Source of the DNA: Christensenellaceae bacterium Phil7
Lineage (GTDB): Bacteria; Bacillota; Clostridia; Christensenellales; CAG-138
Direction of reading: 5' to 3'
Assembly (NCBI GenBank): GCA_001940845.1
Contig: MSGV01000023.1
Span: forward strand, 404,355-468,354
DNA: 64,000 nucleotides
Below the pieces are notes generated by a model, which ran no database searches, had not been told where the DNA came from, and saw only the letters and a list, made by a program, of their open reading frames with translations. The translations under genes and the position numbers were made by a program. Below, piece by piece: positions 50,676 through 60,566 of this stretch (position 1 is the first letter of the stretch; every line of letters starts with the position of its first letter).

Positions 50676-51842
50676 ATGAATAAGCGGGTAATTCTTATCG
50701 TTCTTGACAGTGTTGGGATAGGAGCACTGCCGGATGCGATGGATTTTGGTGACGTAGGCGCGCACACTCTCGGTAATATCAATTCCGTTCGTCCCATGTG
50801 GCTTCCAAATCTTATCAAACTTGGACTCGGAAATATTGCGGGCTCGCGCCTTCCGTATAATCCCAATAATCATGGAGCATTCGGCAGGCTTATGGAGACC
50901 ACCCATGCCAAGGATACTACAAGCGGTCATTGGGAGATGATGGGACTTCCAATGAAGATTCCCTTTAGAACCTATCCAAATGGTTTCCCAAAAGAAATAA
51001 TGGATAAATTTGAATCAATGATCGGAAGAGGGACTCTCGGCAATAAGGCTGCATCTGGAACTGCAATCATAAATGAGCTTGGCGATGAGCATGTCTCAAG
51101 CGGAAAGCCGATCGTTTATACCTCGGCTGACAGTGTATTCCAAATAGCAGCCCATGAACTGGTCATCCCACTTTCCGAGCTTTATTGCATGTGTGAAAAA
51201 GCCCGCAATCTGCTTATCGGTGATAATCTTGTAGGAAGAGTCATAGCCAGACCATTCCTTGGAAGCAGCAGAAACTATTATCGTACCGAGAATAGACGTG
51301 ACTTTGCGCTTGCACCTATGCATGATACCGTTCTCGATATGCTCGTAAACGATGGGAAATCAGTTATAGGGATAGGAAAGATAGAAGATATCTTTGCACA
51401 TCGCGGGCTTAGCATTGTCGATCATACAAAGAACAATCCGGACGGAATTGAAGCTACCATACATTACATCAGAGAAGGTATGGGAGATTTAATATTTACA
51501 AATCTGGTGGATTTCGATATGCTATATGGGCACCGCAACGACATCGAAGGGTATGCCGAATCATTGGAAGCTTTTGACCGCAGGCTTCCTGAAATAATCT
51601 CCGCCATGCGGGATGATGATATTCTTATGATAACTGCGGATCATGGCTGTGACCCATGCCATCCCGGCACCGATCACACACGCGAATACATACCACTTAT
51701 CGTATATGGAAAGCATGTGCTCCCTATAGATCTCGGTACAAGAAATACATTTGCGGATATAGGTGCTGCGGTATTGGACTACCTCACTGGCAAAATTATT
51801 AATACCGGAACATCCTTTTTAAGGCTCTTATACACAGAATAG
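50676..51842 (+). CDS. deoB: Phosphopentomutase
   Basis: RVILIVLDSVGIGALPDA, TSGHWEMMG, ADHGCDP motifs. AAAGGAAG RBS 7 nt before ATG 50676. Confidence 0.93.
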   Translation: MNKRVILIVLDSVGIGALPDAMDFGDVGAHTLGNINSVRPMWLPNLIKLGLGNIAGSRLPYNPNNHGAFGRLMETTHAKDTTSGHWEMMGLPMKIPFRTYPNGFPKEIMDKFESMIGRGTLGNKAASGTAIINELGDEHVSSGKPIVYTSADSVFQIAAHELVIPLSELYCMCEKARNLLIGDNLVGRVIARPFLGSSRNYYRTENRRDFALAPMHDTVLDMLVNDGKSVIGIGKIEDIFAHRGLSIVDHTKNNPDGIEATIHYIREGMGDLIFTNLVDFDMLYGHRNDIEGYAESLEAFDRRLPEIISAMRDDDILMITADHGCDPCHPGTDHTREYIPLIVYGKHVLPIDLGTRNTFADIGAAVLDYLTGKIINTGTSFLRLLYTE

Positions 51843-51944
51843 CTTTCAAATTCACATTAATATTGTGCGTTTAAGTCCGCTTTTGCCGAATTAAACACCT
51901 TCAAAGCGAATATAATTTACAAAATTCGCCTCGGAGGTGTTTTT

Positions 51945-53093
51945 ATGCACAAAATAACCTGTTTGCTGCTATCCATCTTTATGATGCTATTGCCTGTATC
52001 TATAAGCGAAGCTCATGCGGATACGGTTTCTCCAATCGATGTCTCTAATGTGAAGTCTGCGCTTCTGATCGAAGCAATTTCTGCCAAACCCTTGTTTGAA
52101 TACAATTCAAGTGAAAAAATGCCCGTTGCAGGACTTGCCCGCCTACCTGCACTGCTCGTAATTTGTGAAGCTTTTGATTCGGGCGCGATCGCATCAGATA
52201 CGGTCGTTTCCGTAAACGGTAAAGCTGCATCCATAAAAGGAGCAACCGCTTTCCTTTCCGAAGGCGAACAAATAAATGCTGATGAATTGCTTCGTGCCGC
52301 AATAATGATAAATGCCGGGGATGCCATACACGCGCTTGCCTCAAAGGCTTACGGCAGCGAAAATGCTGCAGCCGATAAAATAAATGCGCGGCTTGCTGAA
52401 TTGGGAGTATCAGCGCAATACAGCGATATAATTGGCAGCGACATCATGCTGTCCGCTCTTGACCTTGCAAATATAGGGCGTGCGCTCCTTCAATGCAATA
52501 GTTTCACGGAAAATTCGTCGCTATATTATGAAAGTCTCGAACATACGACCGGCGCGAAGGCCACCGAGCTTGCAAATCCGAACAAACTCATTAAGCAATA
52601 TTCCGGCTGCCTTGGGATAGCAACCGGATCATCACAGGATGCAGGCTATTGCGGTCTATTTGCTGCCGAACGCGGAAATACAAAATATCTGGCAGTCAGC
52701 CTTGGCGCAGCAAATTCATCGGACAGATTTGTTTCAGGTATAGAAATGCTTGATTATGGGTTTGCAAATTATAGAAGTACAAAGGTTATTTCAGCAGGCG
52801 ATACGGTTGATACCATTGAAATTTCAGGTTCCATCTCGACCGAACTAATAATCATATCTGAAACCGATCTCAGTCTGCTGCTGAGCACCGGCGATCCAAA
52901 ATATATACCTGAAAGTGAATATGAGCCCATTATTTCCGCACCGGTAAATGAGGGTCAGGTTATAGGAAAGATCAAATACATGAATTCTGCCGGTGAACTT
53001 CTGGGAGAGGTAAATCTCATTGCGGGCTGCACAATTGAAAAGGCAGGGTTTATGGATTATTTTGGATTAATATTGAAACAATGGATTGATTAG
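51945..53093 (+). CDS. Secreted PBP5/DacB-like D,D-carboxypeptidase homologue with all catalytic motifs substituted (predicted pseudoenzyme)
   Basis: Signal peptide ...SISEAHA|DT. S11-family fold by alignment to E. coli PBP5. SxxK is replaced by GLAR (PVAGLARL), SGN by NAG(D), and KTG by ATG (GIATGSS). Confidence 0.75.
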   Translation: MHKITCLLLSIFMMLLPVSISEAHADTVSPIDVSNVKSALLIEAISAKPLFEYNSSEKMPVAGLARLPALLVICEAFDSGAIASDTVVSVNGKAASIKGATAFLSEGEQINADELLRAAIMINAGDAIHALASKAYGSENAAADKINARLAELGVSAQYSDIIGSDIMLSALDLANIGRALLQCNSFTENSSLYYESLEHTTGAKATELANPNKLIKQYSGCLGIATGSSQDAGYCGLFAAERGNTKYLAVSLGAANSSDRFVSGIEMLDYGFANYRSTKVISAGDTVDTIEISGSISTELIIISETDLSLLLSTGDPKYIPESEYEPIISAPVNEGQVIGKIKYMNSAGELLGEVNLIAGCTIEKAGFMDYFGLILKQWID

Positions 53094-53368
53094 ACTTTTC
53101 TTTTCCGGCAAAGCCTTCTCGATCAAAATACACAGCGTTATTCTGTGCCCTATATGGAAACGTGATATCGTTTTATCCCATTCATGGTTTTCATGGTTCA
53201 GATGCCCCAAACTCGCTTTGAAAAATCAGAACCACCGCTGAATGGTAGGCTTACAGCATTCAGCATGTTGCGAAATCAATCCAGGTATGATAAAATAGAT
53301 TTGATAAATATCTGAGAAAGGGCTTGCCTGGTCATCATCAGATGTAAAAGGCAAGGAATGGGAACTAA

Positions 53369-54064
53369 ATGAGGTATATCCTTAACGGAGGAGACATACA
53401 AAGCTTTATCGAATCGCTGTTCTATACGATTCCAGCAGTACTTATTGCATTGACTTTTCACGAGTTTGCTCATGCATATGTCGCTTATCGTAACGGTGAT
53501 CCAACGGCAAGAGACCTTGGCAGAATGACTCTCAATCCATTTGCGCATATAGACACCGTTGGATTGCTTTGCATGATAGTCTGTGGATTCGGCTGGGCAA
53601 AACCCGTACCTGTCAACCCGGGAAATTATCATAGCTATCGCAAAGGTGAAATTACCGTCTCTCTTGCCGGCGTAACAATGAATCTTATTCTTGCGATAAT
53701 TGGTGCATTTGCTGCTGTAACCACAGCAATAATTGCAATGAGGAGCAATCCATATTCTATATCGCCTGTCGCAGAAAAGATCTATAACTTTTGCTATTAT
53801 TTTATGTTTTTGAATTGTTCGCTGTGCGTTTTTAATCTTATCCCCATTTATCCATTGGATGGTTATCATGTTTTTGAGGTTTTGCTCGGCAATCGTATCA
53901 GCACCAATACGCTTGTATTCATGCATAAATATGGATACTATATTTTGATTGGTCTCATTATTGTCTTTGACGTGATAGATTTTTCCCCCATTGGTATCGC
54001 CGTAAATGCCATAAGCGACTGGCTGCTTAATCTGGCTGCATTTATCATCAATATCTTTGCATAG
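53369..54064 (+). CDS. Site-2 protease (M50) family membrane metalloprotease, YwhC-like
   Basis: HEFAHA zinc motif in the first TM region, NPFAHID, and LIPIYPLDG (second motif); 231 aa multi-TM. Confidence 0.8.
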   Translation: MRYILNGGDIQSFIESLFYTIPAVLIALTFHEFAHAYVAYRNGDPTARDLGRMTLNPFAHIDTVGLLCMIVCGFGWAKPVPVNPGNYHSYRKGEITVSLAGVTMNLILAIIGAFAAVTTAIIAMRSNPYSISPVAEKIYNFCYYFMFLNCSLCVFNLIPIYPLDGYHVFEVLLGNRISTNTLVFMHKYGYYILIGLIIVFDVIDFSPIGIAVNAISDWLLNLAAFIINIFA

Positions 54065-54074
54065 TGCAGAAGCG

Positions 54075-54836
54075 ATGGAATACAGAGTTCATCTGAAGCA
54101 ATTCAGCGGCCCACTTGATCTATTGCTGCATCTGATAGAAAAGGCGGAAATGGATATAAAGGACATTTATGTTTCCGATATAACCTCCGAATTTCTGAAC
54201 TATTTAAATGAACTTGATGAGCTCAATATGGAACAGGCCAGCTCCTTTCTGACCGTTGCTGCAACCCTGGTGTATATGAAATCTCGTTCGCTATTCCCTC
54301 CTCCGCCAAAGGACGAAGACGATGAGGAAGACCCTGGCGAGCAGCTCATACGGCAGCTCCGCGAATATAAATCTTTTAAAGAGGCTTCGGAAACGATGCG
54401 GGTTCTTGCGCATGAAGCAGCTCGCATGTACGGAAAGCCTCCCGAAGAATTCCCCGTCCCGCCGCGGGAGATAATATTAAAGGATACCACGGCTCAAAAG
54501 CTTTTTTATGCGATGCTTGCAGCATTGAACCGCGAGCTGAAGCCTGAAATAAGTGAGCACACACATGAGGTAACCGCCGATAAATTCACCATCCGATCCT
54601 GTTCGAGAAAAGTTCGCGATATTCTAATCGCTAATAATGGGATCGCTACATTCGATGAGCTTATCGACAATGCCCCCAGGATGGAGATCATTGTAACCTT
54701 CATATCATTGCTCGAAATGATCTCCGGAGGCGAAATTCGATTAGAGCAGGATGGCTATTGCGGCCGCATTGCAATATACGCTATAAAGCTCATAAAGAAT
54801 GATGATAGCATTGCTTATGCGGATGAGCACGAATAG
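54075..54836 (+). CDS. scpA: Segregation and condensation protein A
   Basis: FSGPLDLLLHLIEKAEMDIKDIYVSDIT is the classic ScpA N-terminus. Confidence 0.9.
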   Translation: MEYRVHLKQFSGPLDLLLHLIEKAEMDIKDIYVSDITSEFLNYLNELDELNMEQASSFLTVAATLVYMKSRSLFPPPPKDEDDEEDPGEQLIRQLREYKSFKEASETMRVLAHEAARMYGKPPEEFPVPPREIILKDTTAQKLFYAMLAALNRELKPEISEHTHEVTADKFTIRSCSRKVRDILIANNGIATFDELIDNAPRMEIIVTFISLLEMISGGEIRLEQDGYCGRIAIYAIKLIKNDDSIAYADEHE

Positions 54837-54895
54837 CATCAGAACAACTATGCTAATAGAAGAATTCACATTTTATATGCGTGGAAAGGAGCCCT

Positions 54896-55465
54896 ATGGA
54901 ACGAGCTGAGCTCATGGGAGCTATCGAAAGTATTCTATATGTTTCCGGTGAACCTATAAGCTTTGTTGAGCTCCAACGAGTGCTCGAAGTCGGTGAGGAA
55001 GATATACGTTCTGCTATTGATGAAATGACAGAGACGATGAAGCGCGAGCGGAGAGGTTTTTTTCCGTTTATAACGGAGGATACAGTTCAGTTCATCACCA
55101 ACCCCGATTATCAGGCATGGCTTATAAAATATCTCGCACCGCCCGAAGAGCGTACGCTAAGTGATTCACTCATGGAAACATTATCCGTGATTGCCTATCG
55201 TCAGCCGGTTACTCGAGCAGATATTGAAGCCATACGCGGCGTCAGATGCGAATATGCTGTCTCCCAATTGCTCAAACAGGGCTTTATTCATGAAGTCGGT
55301 AGAAAGGAATGCATTGGAAGACCAATGATGTTTGGCACGACTGACGCATTCTTGCGAAGGTTCGGTCTGCATTCCTTATCCGACTTGCCGCCGCTGCCTG
55401 TTTCAGAACCGGAAATAGGATCTGATGCTGCATCAAATCCTGATATATGTGTAAGGCAATTTTAA
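54896..55465 (+). CDS. scpB: Segregation and condensation protein B
   Basis: AIESILYVSGEPI..., LETLSVIAYRQPVTRADIEAIRGV winged-helix motifs. AAAGGAG RBS. Confidence 0.9.
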   Translation: MERAELMGAIESILYVSGEPISFVELQRVLEVGEEDIRSAIDEMTETMKRERRGFFPFITEDTVQFITNPDYQAWLIKYLAPPEERTLSDSLMETLSVIAYRQPVTRADIEAIRGVRCEYAVSQLLKQGFIHEVGRKECIGRPMMFGTTDAFLRRFGLHSLSDLPPLPVSEPEIGSDAASNPDICVRQF

Positions 55466-55565
55466 AATATGCTTGAAAAAGTGCGCGTTTTATTGTAAAA
55501 TACGCTTAACTTTTAAATTTAACTAAGGGCTTTTGCCTTTGGTATGATATAACGGAGGTAATAAT

Positions 55566-55919
55566 ATGGCTGCTATTATCAAAAACGAGCTCGGCACCAT
55601 AACCATTGGTGAGGATTTGATCGCCAACATAGTCGGTGCTGCTGCAAGCGAAAACTATGGTATTGTAGGCATGAACAGCAACAGCGCCGGGGATGCCTGG
55701 TTACAGCTCATTGGAAGTGACAACCTCAAGCGTGGAGTTTCTGTTACAATAAACGAGGATAACTCCGTCAATATTGAGCTCCATGTGACGCTCATGTATG
55801 GCGTTTCCTTCCCTGCTGTTGCAAAGAATACCATCAGCAGTGTTAAATATTATGTTGAGGATATGACCGGGCTTAAGGTCAACACCGTAAATATTTTCGT
55901 TGATGCCGTAAGGGTCTGA
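55566..55919 (+). CDS. Asp23/Gls24 family envelope stress protein
   Basis: 117 aa with the Asp23 pattern (LGTITIGEDLIANIVGAAASENYGIVGM). Confidence 0.88.
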   Translation: MAAIIKNELGTITIGEDLIANIVGAAASENYGIVGMNSNSAGDAWLQLIGSDNLKRGVSVTINEDNSVNIELHVTLMYGVSFPAVAKNTISSVKYYVEDMTGLKVNTVNIFVDAVRV

Positions 55920-55956
55920 TCATCAGCCCTTGGTCATAGGTTAAGAGGTAAAAACT

Positions 55957-57597
55957 GTGTCAATACGTACAATAGATTGTGAATTATTTCAAGAGATGCT
56001 TTTCGATGGAGCGGCTTTGCTCGAAAAGAATAAGCAGACGATTGATTCACTGAATGTGTTTCCCGTACCCGATGGGGACACCGGGACTAATATGTCCATG
56101 ACCATGCAGCGCGCCATTGCAGAGATCCGTCAAACCAAACCAACGACAGTTGAAGGAGTAGCGGCTGCACTTTCCATGGGCGCATTGAAGGGTGCAAGGG
56201 GCAATTCCGGAGTTATTCTTTCTCAGATTTTCCGCGGTTTTTCTAAGGCATTGAAGGGCGCAAAAGCAGAAGTTGATGCACAAATGCTTGCAAACGCCCT
56301 CACTGTAGGCACCGAGGCTGCCTACAAAGCGGTTATGAAGCCAAGGGAAGGCACGATACTAACTGTTTCAAGACTGATGAGTGAAGCAGTCAATGAAGCC
56401 GCAGCAGCAGGAAAAGGGGCTTATGAGATAGTTGACGTGATGCTCGAAAGCGGCGAAGCTGCTCTGAAAAAGACCCCCGATTTGCTGCCCGTTCTCAAAG
56501 AGGCCGGAGTCGTTGATTCTGGCGGCATGGGACTTTTAACGATCTATCGTGGTTTTAAGATGGCTCTCGATGGTGAGGAAATCGATGAGAATATGACCAT
56601 TCTTTTCGATCTCAATTCCGAATCCGATGAAACCGACAAAATAGCGGATGATCACAGCAATATAACCTTTGGATACTGTACCGAATTCTTTATCATCCAT
56701 CCGGAGAGCGATGTGGATGAGCACCAGGTTGAGATTTTCCGAGAAAAGCTCGAAAAGATTGGAGATTCCATAGTCGTTGTTAGCGATGAAAGCATGATAA
56801 AGGTGCATGTTCATTCCAATGCCCCCGGAAAGGTGCTCCAACTCGCATTGAAGCTCGGTGAGATAGATAAGATCAAGATAGAGAATATGCGCGAGCAAAA
56901 TCGTGAGCTGGCGGCAAAGCTGAAGGCTAACGAAAAGGAATTGGGGATTGTTGCCGTCAGTGTTGGCAGCGGTATTGATGAGGCATTCAAGAGCCTTGGC
57001 GCAAACCAGCTCATTTCAGGCGGACAAACGATGAATCCAAGCATAGATGTCATTGCGCAGGCAATTAAAAGGGCGAATGCACGCAATGTATTTGTTCTAC
57101 CCAATAATTCGAATATTATTTTAGCGGCTCAGCAAGCTGCGGAGATTTCCGAATGCAACGTTATAGTTATACCATCAAAATCCATCGTTCAGGGCATCAC
57201 CGCGCTCATGTCCTTTAATCCTGAAGCAGACGTGAATACTAACAGGGATGCTATGCAGGAAGCCCTTGGGAATGTAGTCTCAGGGTCAGTCACCTTTGCG
57301 GTTCGCGATACCACTTACGAGGGCAGAACCATCGCTACGAATGATATCATAGGTATGATGGAGGGCAAGATCTGCGCAGTTGGCAAGGATATAGCTTCTA
57401 CTACCGCTGAACTCATTGAGCTGATGCTTGCAAAGCGCAATGGTGATGGCGTCGTCACCCTTTACTATGGTGCCGATACCCCGGTTGAGAATGCAGAAGC
57501 ACTTGCGGAGCAGCTTTCCGAAAAGTATCCTGATGCAGAATTTATAGTACAGGAGGGCGATCAACCCCTCTACTACTATTATCTTTCCGTTGAATAA
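55957..57597 (+). CDS. yloV: DAK2 domain-containing protein YloV
   Basis: DhaL-like N-domain (VFPVPDGDTGTNM) plus YloV C-domain. Conserved asp23-yloV-recG order. GTG start with AAGAGG RBS. Confidence 0.9.
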   Translation: MSIRTIDCELFQEMLFDGAALLEKNKQTIDSLNVFPVPDGDTGTNMSMTMQRAIAEIRQTKPTTVEGVAAALSMGALKGARGNSGVILSQIFRGFSKALKGAKAEVDAQMLANALTVGTEAAYKAVMKPREGTILTVSRLMSEAVNEAAAAGKGAYEIVDVMLESGEAALKKTPDLLPVLKEAGVVDSGGMGLLTIYRGFKMALDGEEIDENMTILFDLNSESDETDKIADDHSNITFGYCTEFFIIHPESDVDEHQVEIFREKLEKIGDSIVVVSDESMIKVHVHSNAPGKVLQLALKLGEIDKIKIENMREQNRELAAKLKANEKELGIVAVSVGSGIDEAFKSLGANQLISGGQTMNPSIDVIAQAIKRANARNVFVLPNNSNIILAAQQAAEISECNVIVIPSKSIVQGITALMSFNPEADVNTNRDAMQEALGNVVSGSVTFAVRDTTYEGRTIATNDIIGMMEGKICAVGKDIASTTAELIELMLAKRNGDGVVTLYYGADTPVENAEALAEQLSEKYPDAEFIVQEGDQPLYYYYLSVE

Positions 57598-57627
57598 TAT
57601 AATTGCCTAGGGAAAGCAATATAAATT

Positions 57628-59640
57628 ATGCTTAATGAAGCACTGACTTCAATTAAAGGAATTGGCCCCGGACGAGCCGAAAGGTTTGCCTCTTTGGGGC
57701 TTTTTTCGATACTTGATTTGATCCATTTTTTTCCGCGTGATTATCACGATTTTTCAAAAGCTACGAATATTTCGGAACTCAACGAGGAAGAATATGTGGC
57801 TGTACGCATACTTTTTATTGGCAAACCAAAGACGATTCGAACTTCAAGTGGACTTCGCATCACAACGGTATCCATAGGTGATGCCACGGGCAACCTACAG
57901 GCAATTTGGTTCAATCAACCTTATGTGGCCACAAGCATTCCGCTTGAGCCGCATGGCTATGCGCTGGGCAGAGTGGATAAGCGGCATGGAACTAAGCTTC
58001 TTGCACCATTTTTTATAGATACCCTTCCTGGTATCCAGCCCATCTATCCCCTCAAACGAGGTCTTAATCAAAATATGATCAGAAATGCCGTGCGTACCGC
58101 CTTGGTTTGCGGTCTTGATGAAATTGAGGATGATCTGGGTGATAGCCTGTGTTATGAATTCAACCTTATCGATATACATAGTGCGCTTTCAAGCATTCAT
58201 TTTCCCAGTGATCCGGTTTCCCTTGAAAAGGCAAAGCATCGGCTTGCATTCGAAAGTGCTTTAAAATTTACACTCATGCTGGAGTTAGCCCGGTTCGAAC
58301 GCAGTAATTCTAAAGGAATTGCCTTTGATATCGATTCTTCCATAGAAGAATTCGTATCCATGCTTCCGTTCAAGCCAACAGAGGCACAATTAAAGGTAAT
58401 GCACGAGGTAAGCCATGATATGTCCAGTCCTTCATCAATGAATAGGCTTGTACAGGGTGATGTAGGCTCCGGAAAAACCATTATTGCGCTATACGCAATG
58501 TTTGTCGCATTAAAAAATGGCTGTCAGTCCGTTTTAATGGTACCCACCGAAATTCTCGCTGAGCAGCATTTTAAGCTTCTTAAGCAATTCTTTGGAAATA
58601 AAGCAGCACTTATTACCGGTTCTATCAGTGCCGTCAAACGAAGAGAACTACTGTGCGATATACAGAATGGCAGAATTATGGCGATTACTGGAACGCATGC
58701 ACTGATTGAAAACAAGGTTGAATTTCAGAACCTTGGGCTTGTAATAACCGATGAACAGCACCGTTTCGGCGTCAGCCAGCGTGCAAGATTGAGCAAAAAG
58801 GCGCATAACCCCGATGTTATGATAATGAGTGCAACCCCAATCCCGCGTACACTCTCATTGCTTTTATACGGAGATTTGGACGTTTCCCTTGTGGATGGTA
58901 TGCCCCCCGGCAGAAAACCCGTCACAACTCGCTTGGTGCCGCAGAATAAGCGCATAGCCATGTATCGCTATATTGAGAAAGAAATACAAACCCGCCGCAT
59001 ACAAGCCTATGTTGTATGCCCTATGATAGAGGATAATGAATCGCTTGCCGAAGTGAATTCAGCAGAAAACGTATTTAATGAGCTTAGTGATAATCTGGCA
59101 ATAAAAGCTGCACTGATTCACGGCAGAATGCGCCCCTCTGAGAAGGATGTGATAATGTCCGATTTTCGGGATGGCAAGATAGATCTGCTCGTTTCAACGA
59201 CCGTTATCGAGGTTGGGGTTGATGTTCCCAACGCAAGGATCATCGTGATCGAATCGGCAGAGCGGTTTGGGCTTGCCCAGCTTCACCAGCTTCGTGGGCG
59301 CGTAGGCAGAAGCAGTGGTGAGAGCTTTTGTTTTCTTATTTCCGGATCTGATTCAAAGGCCTCAAAAGAAAGGCTTAAAACCCTCATAGCCACCAATGAT
59401 GGTTTTAAAATTGCAGAAAAGGATTTGGAACTGCGCGGTCCAGGTGACTTCTTGGGTACTAGACAGAGCGGTCTGGCCGGACTTGGTGCGCCCTTCATAT
59501 CAACCTATATGACTACATTGGTAGAAGCTCGCAATGCTGCAAAAAAGCTCATCACGCTCAAAAACGATGATTCTATAAGGCTTCAATCCATTGTAAGGGA
59601 GGCTTACGCAGATTTATTTGAAAATATAGTCATTAATTAA
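57628..59640 (+). CDS. recG: ATP-dependent DNA helicase RecG
   Basis: Wedge domain plus SF2 helicase motifs (GDVGSGKT, DEQHRFG, SATPIPRT, QLHQLRGRVGR). Confidence 0.95.
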   Translation: MLNEALTSIKGIGPGRAERFASLGLFSILDLIHFFPRDYHDFSKATNISELNEEEYVAVRILFIGKPKTIRTSSGLRITTVSIGDATGNLQAIWFNQPYVATSIPLEPHGYALGRVDKRHGTKLLAPFFIDTLPGIQPIYPLKRGLNQNMIRNAVRTALVCGLDEIEDDLGDSLCYEFNLIDIHSALSSIHFPSDPVSLEKAKHRLAFESALKFTLMLELARFERSNSKGIAFDIDSSIEEFVSMLPFKPTEAQLKVMHEVSHDMSSPSSMNRLVQGDVGSGKTIIALYAMFVALKNGCQSVLMVPTEILAEQHFKLLKQFFGNKAALITGSISAVKRRELLCDIQNGRIMAITGTHALIENKVEFQNLGLVITDEQHRFGVSQRARLSKKAHNPDVMIMSATPIPRTLSLLLYGDLDVSLVDGMPPGRKPVTTRLVPQNKRIAMYRYIEKEIQTRRIQAYVVCPMIEDNESLAEVNSAENVFNELSDNLAIKAALIHGRMRPSEKDVIMSDFRDGKIDLLVSTTVIEVGVDVPNARIIVIESAERFGLAQLHQLRGRVGRSSGESFCFLISGSDSKASKERLKTLIATNDGFKIAEKDLELRGPGDFLGTRQSGLAGLGAPFISTYMTTLVEARNAAKKLITLKNDDSIRLQSIVREAYADLFENIVIN

Positions 59641-59860
59641 TAAATCATTTATTTCGGTGCTGCCATCCATTCATTCGACAGCTTTTTATCCTATTTTTAA
59701 AAATTCCAAAAAATTCTTGTTATAACTTTATGTTTTGCGGAGAAATTAAGAACAACACCGCGAGAGCAGAATCAAAAAGCTCAAATCGCAGTGATAAGCC
59801 GTAGACTCAATGGTTACTGAGTAGAAAAACCATGGGTCGCGGCACGAAGGAGGTGAAAAC

Positions 59861-60064
59861 ATGTCCGGTCGAAATAGAAGGATACTCGTTCCCGAAGCTA
59901 AAGCCGCAATGGAGCAGTTCAAGCAGGAAATTGCAAGTTCAATGAATATTGAGCTGCAGGATGGGTACAACGGAGATATTTCCGCCCGCGATGCAGGCAG
60001 AATTGGCGGTCAGATGGTCAAGCGCATGATCTCCTATGCAGAAGACAATCTGAAGAATAATTAA
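59861..60064 (+). CDS. Alpha/beta-type small acid-soluble spore protein
   Basis: KQEIASSMNI...GDISARDAGRIGGQMVKRMI SASP signature; GGAGG RBS. Confidence 0.93.
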   Translation: MSGRNRRILVPEAKAAMEQFKQEIASSMNIELQDGYNGDISARDAGRIGGQMVKRMISYAEDNLKNN

Positions 60065-60135
60065 TTTTGTCGTATCAGTTTTGCCATTGGAAGCGCAGAC
60101 TTCCAAATGGACACTATAAGAAAGGAGCAAATAAG

Positions 60136-60333
60136 ATGAATAATTCCAGCAATTCCAGGGAAACAAAGCAGAGGCTTTCTTCCTTCAAGAATGAGGTTGC
60201 AGATTCCATGAATATCAACCTCCAGCAGGGCTACAATGGCGATATTTCTGCCCGCGATGCAGGTCGTATCGGTGGCCAGATGGTTAAGCGCATGATCGAA
60301 TACGCTGAGCAGCATATGAATGGTCAGAACTAA
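60136..60333 (+). CDS. Alpha/beta-type small acid-soluble spore protein (paralogue)
   Basis: KNEVADSMNI...GDISARDAGRIGGQMVKRMI. AAAGGAG RBS before ATG 60136. Confidence 0.92.
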   Translation: MNNSSNSRETKQRLSSFKNEVADSMNINLQQGYNGDISARDAGRIGGQMVKRMIEYAEQHMNGQN

Positions 60334-60354
60334 GCATCAGCTTAATTCTATCGA

Positions 60355-60387
60355 AAGCCACCGGAATCTCGGTGGCTTATTCCTTTT
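60355..60387 (+). terminator. Rho-independent terminator after the SASP pair
   Basis: AAGCCACCG gaatct CGGTGGCTT followed by ATTCCTTTT. Confidence 0.75.
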
Positions 60388-60566
60388 ATGGAAGATTAAG
60401 TTAACACATACAGGTACTCGTCCGATAAATCTATTCATTTACAGCTATAATCGATCAATGCTTCTATTTTCGTTTGTTATGAATATGCTTGAATATGGCT
60501 TCAAGCTCAAGGAACCACTTCAACCATATTGGTGATTCCTTAACAAACGACCGCCGGAGGATTACA

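Noticed and set aside
59641-59860. Sigma-G/sigma-F type forespore promoter upstream of the first SASP gene, with another before the second near 60100 (CACTATA)
   Set aside because: I found -10-like CAxxxTA elements but no properly spaced GnATR -35 partner, so I cannot support a call from sequence alone.
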